From the NCBI GenBank assembly GCA_001002285.1, contig LCLX01000003.1, forward strand, positions 2,560 through 66,559: a stretch of 64,000 nucleotides of DNA, read 5' to 3'. The notes beneath the pieces are model-generated. The model had not been told where the DNA came from. It saw only the letters and a list, made by a program, of their open reading frames with translations, and ran no database searches. The translations under genes and the position numbers were made by a program. Numbering within the stretch: position 1 is the first letter of the stretch; each line of letters opens with the position of its first letter. Shown here piece by piece: positions 40,097 to 48,307 of this stretch. The stretch is from Microgenomates group bacterium GW2011_GWC1_46_15 (GTDB taxonomy: Bacteria > Patescibacteriota > Microgenomatia > UBA1400 > UBA12028).

Positions 40097-40670
40097 CGAT
40101 CTTTCCTTTCACAAACGTTACCGCGTCTTTCGCATACCAATCCGGGAGATTCCAAAGATCAACAAACATGTGTCCCAGCGTCACCTGAGATCTGTATGTG
40201 TAGAGCCGTTCATCTGCTAAAAGAACAAAAAGATTCAGCGGACCGTTCGTGCGGTGTCCCTCAAACCGTTGACCAACGACAGAAGGATCGCGGTGGTAGC
40301 AGTACACTTTATCATAATCTGTCGGCGGCTCACCAAACCGTTCACGCAGTGCGGTGTATGCCGTCGGCAGTGTTTGATCCGGCAACAACCCCTCTATTTC
40401 CGTGACCGGTAAGTTTACACTCATCTGCAGAGTCGGCTGAAGTCTGTGATGATTTGCCCAATGGTACAGAATTTTTTCCGCATCTATGACCTCTGAATGG
40501 CGCTTCCCTATCCGCACCGCCCCCATGCGACGAAGTGGTTGGATTGCGAGATGAATCGTGGATGAAGACAGGTGGAGTTCTTGGGCTAATTCCTGTTGAC
40601 CGAACGAGAAGTTCTTTTTCTCCAACGCTTCATACAGAAGGTGATTCCACACATATTCGATTTTTTTCAT
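40080..40670 (-). CDS. Winged-HTH protein, probable cognate antitoxin/regulator (AbiEi-like)
   Basis: N-terminal HTH QQELAQELHLSSSTIH; overlaps the downstream NTase gene. Start set at MKKIEY (40670). Confidence 0.7.
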   Translation of the reverse strand: MKKIEYVWNHLLYEALEKKNFSFGQQELAQELHLSSSTIHLAIQPLRRMGAVRIGKRHSEVIDAEKILYHWANHHRLQPTLQMSVNLPVTEIEGLLPDQTLPTAYTALRERFGEPPTDYDKVYCYHRDPSVVGQRFEGHRTNGPLNLFVLLADERLYTYRSQVTLGHMFVDLWNLPDWYAKDAVTFVKGKIDAILS

Positions 40671-40682
40671 ATATTTTATGCC

Positions 40683-40719
40683 TATATTCGATGATATACG
40701 AATATACAATGGGTGTCAA
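40683..40719 (-). promoter_or_regulatory. Sigma70 promoter with a palindromic operator over the -10 box
   Basis: Minus strand TTGACA-17 bp-TATCAT. The inverted repeat TATATTCG (40683-40690) / CGAATATA (40699-40706) brackets the -10. Confidence 0.75.
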
Positions 40720-40723
40720 TGGC

Positions 40724-40848
40724 AAGTTCGGGACTTACTACTTGGCTTGGGCAGAACAACCCTTGGCTAAGGCCCGACCTACCCATAAAAGTAGAAAGAA
40801 GTTGATAAATAGTACTATTTCCTCAATTAACGGGAAGTCCCAATCTTT
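40724..40848 (-). repeat. Dispersed palindromic repeat family 1, copy D (diverged)
   Basis: Plus strand AAGTTCGGGACTTACTACTTGG...CTTGGCTAAGGCCCGACCTACCCATA...AAGTCCCAATCTTT is the reverse complement of the family consensus. Confidence 0.8.
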
Positions 40849-40857
40849 GGCAGTTTC

Positions 40858-40923
40858 AAAAGGGTAGACCCGACCTACCTATTTCATACCCCAGTTTTAT
40901 TTTCGTTCGGTGTTTGTTCGATC
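40858..40923 (-). repeat. Dispersed repeat family 2, copy 2
   Basis: Reverse complement ATCGAACAAACACCGAACGAAAATAAAACTGGGGTATGAAATAGGTAGGTCGGGTCTACCCTTTT resembles 11574-11640. Confidence 0.7.
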
Positions 40924-40943
40924 AGTGGTTCACAATACTGTGT

Positions 40944-41183
40944 ATGCCAAAACATGTGCAGCGACAGAATCGTTTTTATTCTCCTCATGCAGGATGGGAA
41001 CAGGTCGCGGATATTTTAAGCGATATAGGTCAAGTATTTTTTGCAACGTATGTTTTGACAAATAGTCTCAAAGGCGATAATCTCTTAATTGTAGAGATTG
41101 GTCTATTTGTATGCTCAGCGTGCTGGATAACTAGCATCGCTATTAAAAGTAAAATGAAAGGAAAAATATATGCTCAATTTTAG
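40944..41183 (+). CDS. Small two-TM membrane protein (similar to 3729..3947)
   Basis: EQVADILSDIGQVFFATYVL plus a second TM; start at MPKH with CACAAT 7 nt upstream. Confidence 0.6.
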   Translation: MPKHVQRQNRFYSPHAGWEQVADILSDIGQVFFATYVLTNSLKGDNLLIVEIGLFVCSACWITSIAIKSKMKGKIYAQF

Positions 41184-41286
41184 TGAAGAACACCTTGCGT
41201 TTGTTACCATGCTTGGCTCTTTTATTGCACTTTTTGGAAGTCTTTTAACAGTATTCCTTTCATATTCTCAGGGAGATTACTCATGA
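41170..41286 (+). CDS. 38-aa single-TM microprotein (not in the ORF track)
   Basis: MLNFSEEHLAFVTMLGSFIALFGSLLTVFLSYSQGDYS; AAGGA upstream; overlaps the previous gene. Confidence 0.5.
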   Translation: MLNFSEEHLAFVTMLGSFIALFGSLLTVFLSYSQGDYS

Positions 41287-41414
41287 CTGTTGAACAAATG
41301 ACAAATATCGCAGCTATAAATGTAACGCTTTCTATGCTCATTCTCGCATTTGTCATCTTCTTTCCTACGTTTCGCCAATACATGAAAAATCGCAAACACC
41401 ATGCGAAGAAATGA
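41283..41414 (+). CDS. 43-aa single-TM microprotein (not in the ORF track)
   Basis: MTVEQMTNIAAINVTLSMLILAFVIFFPTFRQYMKNRKHHAKK; GGGAG upstream; ATGA overlap with the previous stop. Confidence 0.55.
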   Translation: MTVEQMTNIAAINVTLSMLILAFVIFFPTFRQYMKNRKHHAKK

Positions 41415-41452
41415 TCTTGACACCCCTACCAGATATTGAGTACTATAGATGT

Positions 41453-42424
41453 ATGCCCAGTTCCCTGTTTGAACAGCCCATCATTGCTCAACCGGCGCAA
41501 GTGGTACAACAAGCACAAAGTGCGCACCAACTCCCCGTTTCTATTGCAGGCGCCACGCACGTAAAAACAGCCGCACATTTTTCTCTTAAACTCATTGCGC
41601 TCTATACTGCGCTTTTCTTCACCCCTATCGCCGGCGCGTTTGCCCTCAACACATACTCGTCTTCGTTTAAGGCGCCAACACTCCTCTCTCCCGTGAGCCA
41701 ACAGGCGCAAGACACAAGCGTAGCGGATATCACGCAGGCTTCGACAAACTCACTGGCGGATGCACAGAACACACAGTCCAACGACCTTAACTATGAGCTT
41801 TCGCTCGCCAACGGTTTTCTTCAAAAAGCAGTTGACCTCTCAAACGCGACAACCGATCAAACGCCGCAAGACAAAGAAACTATTGTCGGATATTTAAACC
41901 AAGCGCTCGAGGCAGCAAACCGCGCCATGAGTTTGGCACCGGACGACGCCCGCGGATACTCGAGTAGAGGCCGCGTGTACCAAGCAATTTCAGCGATAAA
42001 GCCTGAAGTAAAACCGCTTGCGGACAGTGATTTTGCCAAAGCACAACAGTTGGGTGCACAAAATCCAACGTCTGCACCGGAAACACAAAACCCAACCGAG
42101 TACTTGCCAACACAACAGGCATCAGAAAACTATGCGCTGAACAGCATCATCGCCGGACCACAGGAACAATTGTCAACAACCGTCACCGGTCAATCGGACG
42201 CCAACGCGCAAAAGGGACATGTTGCCCTTGAAGCAGGAAAAACCGATGTCGTTGTGTCGTATCCTCAGGTAAAAGACACAACCCAACTCTACGTCACCAC
42301 GGACAAAAATCCCGATGGCGTGACGCTCTATGTGAAAAATAAGGAAGCTGGAACTGGATTTACCATTGGCGCGACCGCGCCTCCATCTGCCCCGCTGGAC
42401 ATTACCTGGTGGGAAATTCAGTAA
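41453..42424 (+). CDS. TM-anchored TPR protein whose C-terminal beta domain is shared with the giant protein
   Basis: TTGACA-18 bp-TACTAT-6 nt-ATG. TM LIALYTALFFTPIAGAFAL; TPR ALEAANRAMSLAPDDARGYSSRGRVY; C-terminus G...L.AG.T...LYVK.K..G.GFT......DIT.W.I. Confidence 0.8.
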   Translation: MPSSLFEQPIIAQPAQVVQQAQSAHQLPVSIAGATHVKTAAHFSLKLIALYTALFFTPIAGAFALNTYSSSFKAPTLLSPVSQQAQDTSVADITQASTNSLADAQNTQSNDLNYELSLANGFLQKAVDLSNATTDQTPQDKETIVGYLNQALEAANRAMSLAPDDARGYSSRGRVYQAISAIKPEVKPLADSDFAKAQQLGAQNPTSAPETQNPTEYLPTQQASENYALNSIIAGPQEQLSTTVTGQSDANAQKGHVALEAGKTDVVVSYPQVKDTTQLYVTTDKNPDGVTLYVKNKEAGTGFTIGATAPPSAPLDITWWEIQ

Positions 42425-42462
42425 TGTGATAGTGTTTGATAATGTGGTAGTGTAAAGGCGAT

Positions 42463-44595
42463 ATGTATATAACAACCGCGAAAGATATCAGCGTTTTTGG
42501 CCGAAAAGTGGCGTTGATAGCATTTTATGGCGCAGTGTTAGTCGCACCATTATTATTTCTCCCCACGACAACTGATTTTTTTGATTTTAACAAGCGGATC
42601 TTTTTGGCAGTAACCGCGATCATTTTGCTTGCAGTGTGGGGAATTTTGGCGATTGCAAAAAATACCGTGCGCATTACGGTTTCTCCACTCCTTGTCCCAA
42701 TGCTGGCATACGCAGGAACAGTACTTGTGTCTACTTTTATTGCCACACCCTACCCTATCGAGGTTTTGTGGGGCCGTGGAATGCTTGTCATCGCGCTCAC
42801 ACTCGTTTTTATCTTAGCAACAACAATCATTCATGCAAAAACAGCATTGTATGTACGCTTGTTAAACATCGCCGGCGTTGTGTTGAGTGTTGTTTCACTC
42901 GCGCAAGCCACAGGATATGGAGTAACGCGCCTTTTCAACCTCATTCCCGGAATGAATATGCCAAACTCGGTGTTGTTTAACTTGGCTGGTTCGCCACTGA
43001 TTTGTATTACATTCCTTCTCCCACTCATGCTCATTCAATGGATCTCGTTTTCGCAACACGCACAGGTGACGCAAGCAGAAAAAAGGAGAAAAATATTTGA
43101 AGGTGTTGTTGCCGCACTATTGACCGCAGGCGTTGTGATCAATGGGTACTTTATGCTCCCCGGTAAACTCGCCAACCCTGTTTTGCCACCATTTCAAACC
43201 AGTTGGTCCATCGCTATTGATGTGTTGAAAAAACCAAAAAGCGCATTCTTTGGATTCGGCCCCGAGTCATATGGTGAAGCGTTTACGCAGTTCCGCCCGG
43301 TCGCGCAAAATATGATACCAGATCTTTGGACAATGCGGTTTTCATTTGGGCGCGTTGAACCACTCCATATTGTTACAACACTCGGTTTGTTGGGACTGGC
43401 AGCTTGGGTATTCCTTATGATTTCTATCATCCGTTTCGCGTTGCCACTCCGCGCGTCAACGTGGAAGTTGTCAGTATTGCTCCTCATTCTCATTGCCGAA
43501 CAAATTGTTCTCCCCGCAAACATCCTTGTTCTTGCGTTGATGTACTTCACACTCAGTATATTTGTGTTGGTAAAGAAAGCAGAAAAAGATCAGCGGATTT
43601 CTGAGCTCTTGCTCCACGTGTTTGCCGTACGATTGGTTGCACCAGAAACGGTTGAACGGATCAGTACAGAAAAAACATCAAAAATCTTCGCGCTGATTAT
43701 TGCGACCGTCGCGTTTGCGCTTGTCGGTGTTGCGGGATTTGGCGTGTTCCGCGTGTATGCCGGCGAGTACTATATGGTGCGGTCGTTGTTTGCTGCTCAA
43801 CGCAACGACGGCGTCCAAACGTATGAGTTCCAGAGAAAAGCGCTCGCACATAATCCATTTTCAGACTCGTACCATCGCACGTTTGCTTCAACAAACCTGC
43901 TTATTGCAAACGCAGTCGCGTCTAAACCAAGTCCAACAGAACAAGATAAGGCAAACATTCCGCAACTGCTCCAGCAGGCTATCCGCGAGGCAAAACTCAC
44001 CACAACGCTCGAACCAAGAAGGACTGCAAACTGGGAGGCGCTTGCGAACATCTACAAACAACTCATTCTTGTCGCACAGGGTTCTGATCAATGGGCTATT
44101 GCTGCACTTGTCCGCGCCATTCAGACTAATCCAACCGATCCCACAGAGCGGTTTGAACTTGGCAGCGTGTATATGTCGACTCAGAACTATGAACAGGCAG
44201 TCCGTTTGTTCCAACAGGCCGTTGATCTCAAACCAGACTGGGCAAACGCGCACTATAACCTAGCAAACGCGTATAAACAAAAAGGTGATGTAACTCTCGC
44301 ACTCGACGAGTTGAGAATAATTAAGAATATGTTGCCCGCCGGTAGCACGGACGTTCAAAAACTCGACCAAGATATTGCCGCCATGGAACAAGAGATCGTG
44401 AAGAGTAAGAGGGCTGGAACAACGACGGCACCGTCATCTGCTCCTTCAACAACGAAGAAATCAACGCTTCCTGAGGGACAGATCAAGCTCCCCGCAGACC
44501 TTGGCCTCCCTCAAGAAAATCCTCCAACAACGGTTCCTGCGACACCCGAGACACCTGCTCCATCAGCAACTCCGGCGCCTTCTCCAGCACCGTAA
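42463..44595 (+). CDS. O-antigen-ligase-like polytopic membrane protein with C-terminal TPRs and a Pro/Thr-rich tail
   Basis: About 12 TM; FFGFGPESY; TPRs AIQTNPTDP, AVDLKPDWANAHYNLANAY. Confidence 0.8.
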   Translation: MYITTAKDISVFGRKVALIAFYGAVLVAPLLFLPTTTDFFDFNKRIFLAVTAIILLAVWGILAIAKNTVRITVSPLLVPMLAYAGTVLVSTFIATPYPIEVLWGRGMLVIALTLVFILATTIIHAKTALYVRLLNIAGVVLSVVSLAQATGYGVTRLFNLIPGMNMPNSVLFNLAGSPLICITFLLPLMLIQWISFSQHAQVTQAEKRRKIFEGVVAALLTAGVVINGYFMLPGKLANPVLPPFQTSWSIAIDVLKKPKSAFFGFGPESYGEAFTQFRPVAQNMIPDLWTMRFSFGRVEPLHIVTTLGLLGLAAWVFLMISIIRFALPLRASTWKLSVLLLILIAEQIVLPANILVLALMYFTLSIFVLVKKAEKDQRISELLLHVFAVRLVAPETVERISTEKTSKIFALIIATVAFALVGVAGFGVFRVYAGEYYMVRSLFAAQRNDGVQTYEFQRKALAHNPFSDSYHRTFASTNLLIANAVASKPSPTEQDKANIPQLLQQAIREAKLTTTLEPRRTANWEALANIYKQLILVAQGSDQWAIAALVRAIQTNPTDPTERFELGSVYMSTQNYEQAVRLFQQAVDLKPDWANAHYNLANAYKQKGDVTLALDELRIIKNMLPAGSTDVQKLDQDIAAMEQEIVKSKRAGTTTAPSSAPSTTKKSTLPEGQIKLPADLGLPQENPPTTVPATPETPAPSATPAPSPAP

Positions 44596-44620
44596 GTCTA
44601 ACTCAATAAGGAAAAAATTT

Positions 44621-45169
44621 CTAATCTGAACACACGACATACACGCCGGTTTGTGGACTCGCAATACCACATTTACTTTGACTCACTGCAGAGTCCGGAT
44701 CTGAGATATTTTCTAGTATCGTTGTGAGTTGAAATGCGTTACTCGTAGAGTCCAGCGCATTCCCCTGCTGATATGTATAGTAGTTGGCAGCATCATTGAC
44801 CGGATCTTTCGGAACTTCATTCATGTAGACTGTTGAGCCATTGATAAATGTTTCGCCCCAACTACAGTCCGTGAAGCTTGTAGAAGTGCCGCACCCTTTC
44901 AACGTCGTTCCTACCCCACCCGCTTGCACACCACCAGTATCCGGATACCGCTGAAAGTCGTTATACCAGAGGCGAAGCGCGTTTTTGATCTGCATAAGGT
45001 CGCTTTTGCGCTTGGTATCGCGCGCGCGCTCGCGCGCGCCTGTAAAGTTACTGAACAACAACGCCGACAGTACGCCAATAATCGCGATGACAATCAATAA
45101 CTCAACCAATGTAAATCCGCAACGGCTGGTTTGTCCACCACTCTGCCATGTATTTTTCACCCAATTCAT
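44621..45169 (-). CDS. Type IV pilin / GspG-like pseudopilin
   Basis: Prepilin motif GFTLVELLIVIAIIGVL, ARDTKRKSDL and VPKDP. Confidence 0.92.
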   Translation of the reverse strand: MNWVKNTWQSGGQTSRCGFTLVELLIVIAIIGVLSALLFSNFTGARERARDTKRKSDLMQIKNALRLWYNDFQRYPDTGGVQAGGVGTTLKGCGTSTSFTDCSWGETFINGSTVYMNEVPKDPVNDAANYYTYQQGNALDSTSNAFQLTTILENISDPDSAVSQSKCGIASPQTGVYVVCSD

Positions 45170-45654
45170 TGGAACACCTCCGTCATTGTTGTATTTGGGC
45201 TTCCAACTCCATAGTTACACGTCTTTGTCCCGCACAACTTCCCCAAGTATGACGCAATGTGTTCATCGCGCGTGTTTTCCAGATATCCAAACAGATGATA
45301 TTTTTTACTTCCCGTGTTTGTTTCATACAAAAACTGAATTGTTGGTTGTTTATCATCACTTGGCAACTGATTCATGTACACCGTATTGTTTGCATCCGCG
45401 AACACACCGCCCCATGTGTATCCCTGTAGTCCTCCATCTGCCGCCGCGGGTGGATATGTCCCCTTGTCGTTGTAGTACGTCTCAAGCGCCCGCTGAAGTT
45501 GTGCCATATCATTCTTGCGCTGAGCATCACGCGCTTTAAGTTTTGCCGTTGTAAAATTTCCCGCAATGATCGTGCTTAAAATACCAATGATCACGATCAC
45601 GATCATCATTTCGATAAGAGTAAAGCCTGTGTGGTGCGCGCGTCTTACTATCAT
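45166..45654 (-). CDS. Type IV pilin / GspG-like pseudopilin
   Basis: GFTLIEMMIVIVIIGIL and ARDAQRKND; start at MIVRR, which overlaps the upstream stop as TAATG. Confidence 0.92.
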   Translation of the reverse strand: MIVRRAHHTGFTLIEMMIVIVIIGILSTIIAGNFTTAKLKARDAQRKNDMAQLQRALETYYNDKGTYPPAAADGGLQGYTWGGVFADANNTVYMNQLPSDDKQPTIQFLYETNTGSKKYHLFGYLENTRDEHIASYLGKLCGTKTCNYGVGSPNTTMTEVFQ

Positions 45655-46322
45655 TATTGTCCTCCCTGAGAACACGAGATGTCCGGATTACATAACGTTC
45701 CATTTGTGTTGCACCGGTACGTTGTCCCCGGACAACACACGCTGCACAGCCCAGCATAGCAAGACTTCCCTCCTGCAAGCGAACACGTTCCCGGAACTGC
45801 CGAACCAACTGGTGATCCGGCGTTCGTGTTCCCGCTGCTGATTCCATAATTATAGTCCGCCGTCCCATCTCCATTTGTGTCTGGACCGCACCCATTATTG
45901 CATCCTATTTTTTCAATGTCAGAATCCGAACCATCTTTTAACACCGTATACATACGGAATGTGTTGCAGTCGTCACGGACATACATATACGCAGTTAAAG
46001 AGGTGGGGTCACAGAGTATTTTTGCCAAATATGGCTGAAGTGTGTCTGCGCCGCACGTCGCAACTAAAGAGGGGTCTGGATAGCACTTGTTATCGTCATA
46101 ATAGTGCTCCAGCCCGATTTTATACGCCGCCAAATCACTTTTTCTGCGTGCGTCACTCGCCTTGATCCGATATTTTTGCACATTAATGAGAGAAAGAAGA
46201 AGGAGAATGGCAATAATAGTGAGCACAATGAGCATTTCGGGAAGTGTCATGCCGCGGGAAAATTTGAAATTGTGAAAAGAAAATGGTGTATGGCGATGTG
46301 ATGCACGAGCCTTGGTGGGCAT
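45654..46322 (-). CDS. Type IV pilin-like protein with a Cys-rich C-terminal extension
   Basis: GMTLPEMLIVLTII and ASDARRKSDL; start MPTK with TG-C-TACCAT 6 nt upstream. Confidence 0.88.
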   Translation of the reverse strand: MPTKARASHRHTPFSFHNFKFSRGMTLPEMLIVLTIIAILLLLSLINVQKYRIKASDARRKSDLAAYKIGLEHYYDDNKCYPDPSLVATCGADTLQPYLAKILCDPTSLTAYMYVRDDCNTFRMYTVLKDGSDSDIEKIGCNNGCGPDTNGDGTADYNYGISSGNTNAGSPVGSAVPGTCSLAGGKSCYAGLCSVCCPGTTYRCNTNGTLCNPDISCSQGGQ

Positions 46323-46498
46323 AGTTCTATGGTAGCACATTCTCAAGCGAGTCAAAGAATTTTTCGAAGCGCTCAGGGTGAAGAATTTTCTTTAGTGAGA
46401 TCGATTTCTTTTCGAGGAACTCGGGGCGTAGGGTCCCCTGGAGACAAGAAAAGAAACTGATCGAACTTGGTGTTATGACCCACCAGATGCTTCGAACT

Positions 46499-46574
46499 TG
46501 GTGGACCCGATCGGACTCGAACCGACCACCTCTGCAATGCGAATGCAGCGCTCTACCAGATGAGCTACGGGCCC
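46499..46574 (-). tRNA. tRNA-Ala(CGC)
   Basis: GGGCCCGTAGCTCATCTGGTAGAGCGCTGCATT-CGC-ATTGCAG...GGGTCCACCA; G3:U70 pair; CCA encoded. Confidence 0.96.
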
Positions 46575-46611
46575 GTATACCTTGCATTATTGTACACTGG
46601 GCATACAAATC

Positions 46612-46881
46612 TTATTTTTCATAAACCTGATTATGAGAACCAATGTCATATAAAAACAATATTCCGTCTGAAATTCTATACACGACGCGGATATCTCCCG
46701 TAACAGAGAATGCATTATATTGGCTTTTTTCTCCAATAAGTCGATGATTTCTCAGAAGTTGATGTTTGGGATTCTCAATGCACAACGCCAGCCTTTGCCG
46801 AAATTGAATCTCTAAGTTTTTATATGGTGCAATGCGTTTTTGATAGTGTTTTTTGAATTCTTTAAGATAATGAATGTCCAT
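46612..46881 (-). CDS. RelE/YafQ-family mRNA interferase toxin
   Basis: F.K.Y.K, LRNHRLIG, FSVTGDIRVVY and DIGSHNQVY. Confidence 0.9.
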   Translation of the reverse strand: MDIHYLKEFKKHYQKRIAPYKNLEIQFRQRLALCIENPKHQLLRNHRLIGEKSQYNAFSVTGDIRVVYRISDGILFLYDIGSHNQVYEK

Positions 46882-47161
46882 GAAGTTGCTCCATTAGGGC
46901 ATCCACGGAGCCAGCAGAAAAAACGCGAGTTTTCTTTTTAAACGCATGCGTCATGCGCTGATATCGTTTTTCCGCCTTTGGAGACAGCTTGACTGTTTCC
47001 TGGATAGAAATTGTTATTTGTTTCGATGCAAGTTTTGTTAACAATACGCGAACAACTTCCTGCAATGAGGAAAATCCCATATCTTCCGCAACTTGAGTTG
47101 CGGTTGATTTGAGTGTTGAGCTGAGCGGGATTTGTAAAATTGTTCTTCCATCCATAATCAT
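46862..47161 (-). CDS. RelB/DinJ-like antitoxin
   Basis: RHH-like ILQIPL..TLK..A..VA..MGFSSLQEVVRVLL and C-terminal SVDALMEQL. Overlaps the toxin gene; TTGACA-16 bp-TACAAT promoter upstream. Confidence 0.8.
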   Translation of the reverse strand: MIMDGRTILQIPLSSTLKSTATQVAEDMGFSSLQEVVRVLLTKLASKQITISIQETVKLSPKAEKRYQRMTHAFKKKTRVFSAGSVDALMEQLHGHSLS

Positions 47162-47196
47162 ACAATTGTAATGATTTGGTATGAATTGTCAAGTAG

Positions 47197-47267
47197 TGGA
47201 CCCGAGGGGAATCGAACCCCTCCTATCTGACTGCCAGCCAGATGTTCTACCACTAAACTACGGGCCC
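47197..47267 (-). tRNA. tRNA-Ala(GGC)
   Basis: GGGCCCGTAGTTTAGTGGTAGAACATCTGGCT-GGC-AGTCAGATAGGAGGGGTTCGATTCCCCTCGGGTCCA; G3:U70 pair. Confidence 0.93.
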
Positions 47268-47314
47268 TCTTTGAGCAACCTTATTATAAATGATCTGGGC
47301 TAAAGACTCCAACG

Positions 47315-48301
47315 TTATATGGTGAAAAGCTTGTCTCGCAACGCTTCAACCCCATTATGAATCGCCGCCGAAATGAAGAGCGCGCGCGGGAAGATTTTTT
47401 TCATTTCTTTTTTGACTGCCGTGTCATATACGTCGCACTTATTGATACACACAAGGCTCTTTTTCTTAAGCATGTCCGGCAAAAATTCCTTCAATTCTTT
47501 CTTTAACACTGCGAGTTGTTCGCGTAGTGATTGCGCTTTTTCTTTTGCCGACGCATCGGTATCAAAAAGAACGCTATCATCAAGCGCGAGGACGAATAAT
47601 AGGATCGAACACCGTTCAATGTGCTTCAAAAATTCATGCCCCAAACCCTTCCCCTGCGCCGCTCCTTCAATGAGGCCTGGAATGTCGGCAAGAATCAACG
47701 AGCTTGTCTTATCTTTTGAAAACAACACACCAAGATTGGGCGATAATGTGGTAAATGGATAGTTCGCAATTTCCGGTGTTGCACGTGTTAATACAGAAAG
47801 CAGTGTGCTTTTCCCCGCATTGGGAAAACCAACAAATCCAACGTTTGCCAGTAACTTTAACTCAAGATGAAGCTCAAACTTCTCTCCAACTCCTCCGGGT
47901 TCTGCATACCGCGGCGTTTGATTCACACTGCTTTTAAACGCCTCATTCCCCCGCCCGCCTTTGCCACCACGGGCAACACGCAACCGTTCTCCATCCTTCA
48001 CAATCTCGCCAACTCCTTCAATCACCGTACCAAGTGGAACGGCAACATCAGTATCATCACCATTTCTCCCATGCATTTTATTCCCGCCACCATGACCACC
48101 GAGTTCGGCACGAAAAATTTTAGAACCACGGAAGTGCTGAAGCGTGTTCAAATCTTTATTGCCAACCAAGTACACCGAACCACCGTGACCTCCATCGCCG
48201 CCATCGGGACCGCCTTTGGACATAAACTTGAGATGCAAAAAGGAAACGGCTCCGCCTCCCCCGTCTCCAGCTCGAACAACAATGCGGACATCATCAACCA
48301 T
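47315..48301 (-). CDS. obgE: GTPase Obg/CgtA (short form without the C-terminal OCT domain)
   Basis: Gly-rich Obg fold GGPDGGDGG, GFPNAGKST, YPFTTLSPNLG, DIPG and NKCD. Confidence 0.96.
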   Translation of the reverse strand: MVDDVRIVVRAGDGGGGAVSFLHLKFMSKGGPDGGDGGHGGSVYLVGNKDLNTLQHFRGSKIFRAELGGHGGGNKMHGRNGDDTDVAVPLGTVIEGVGEIVKDGERLRVARGGKGGRGNEAFKSSVNQTPRYAEPGGVGEKFELHLELKLLANVGFVGFPNAGKSTLLSVLTRATPEIANYPFTTLSPNLGVLFSKDKTSSLILADIPGLIEGAAQGKGLGHEFLKHIERCSILLFVLALDDSVLFDTDASAKEKAQSLREQLAVLKKELKEFLPDMLKKKSLVCINKCDVYDTAVKKEMKKIFPRALFISAAIHNGVEALRDKLFTI

Positions 48302-48307
48302 AAAAAC

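Noticed and set aside
47197-47267. Initially read as tRNA-Gly (GCC visible on the plus strand)
   Set aside because: On the coding strand the anticodon is GGC and the acceptor stem has G3:U70, so it is tRNA-Ala.
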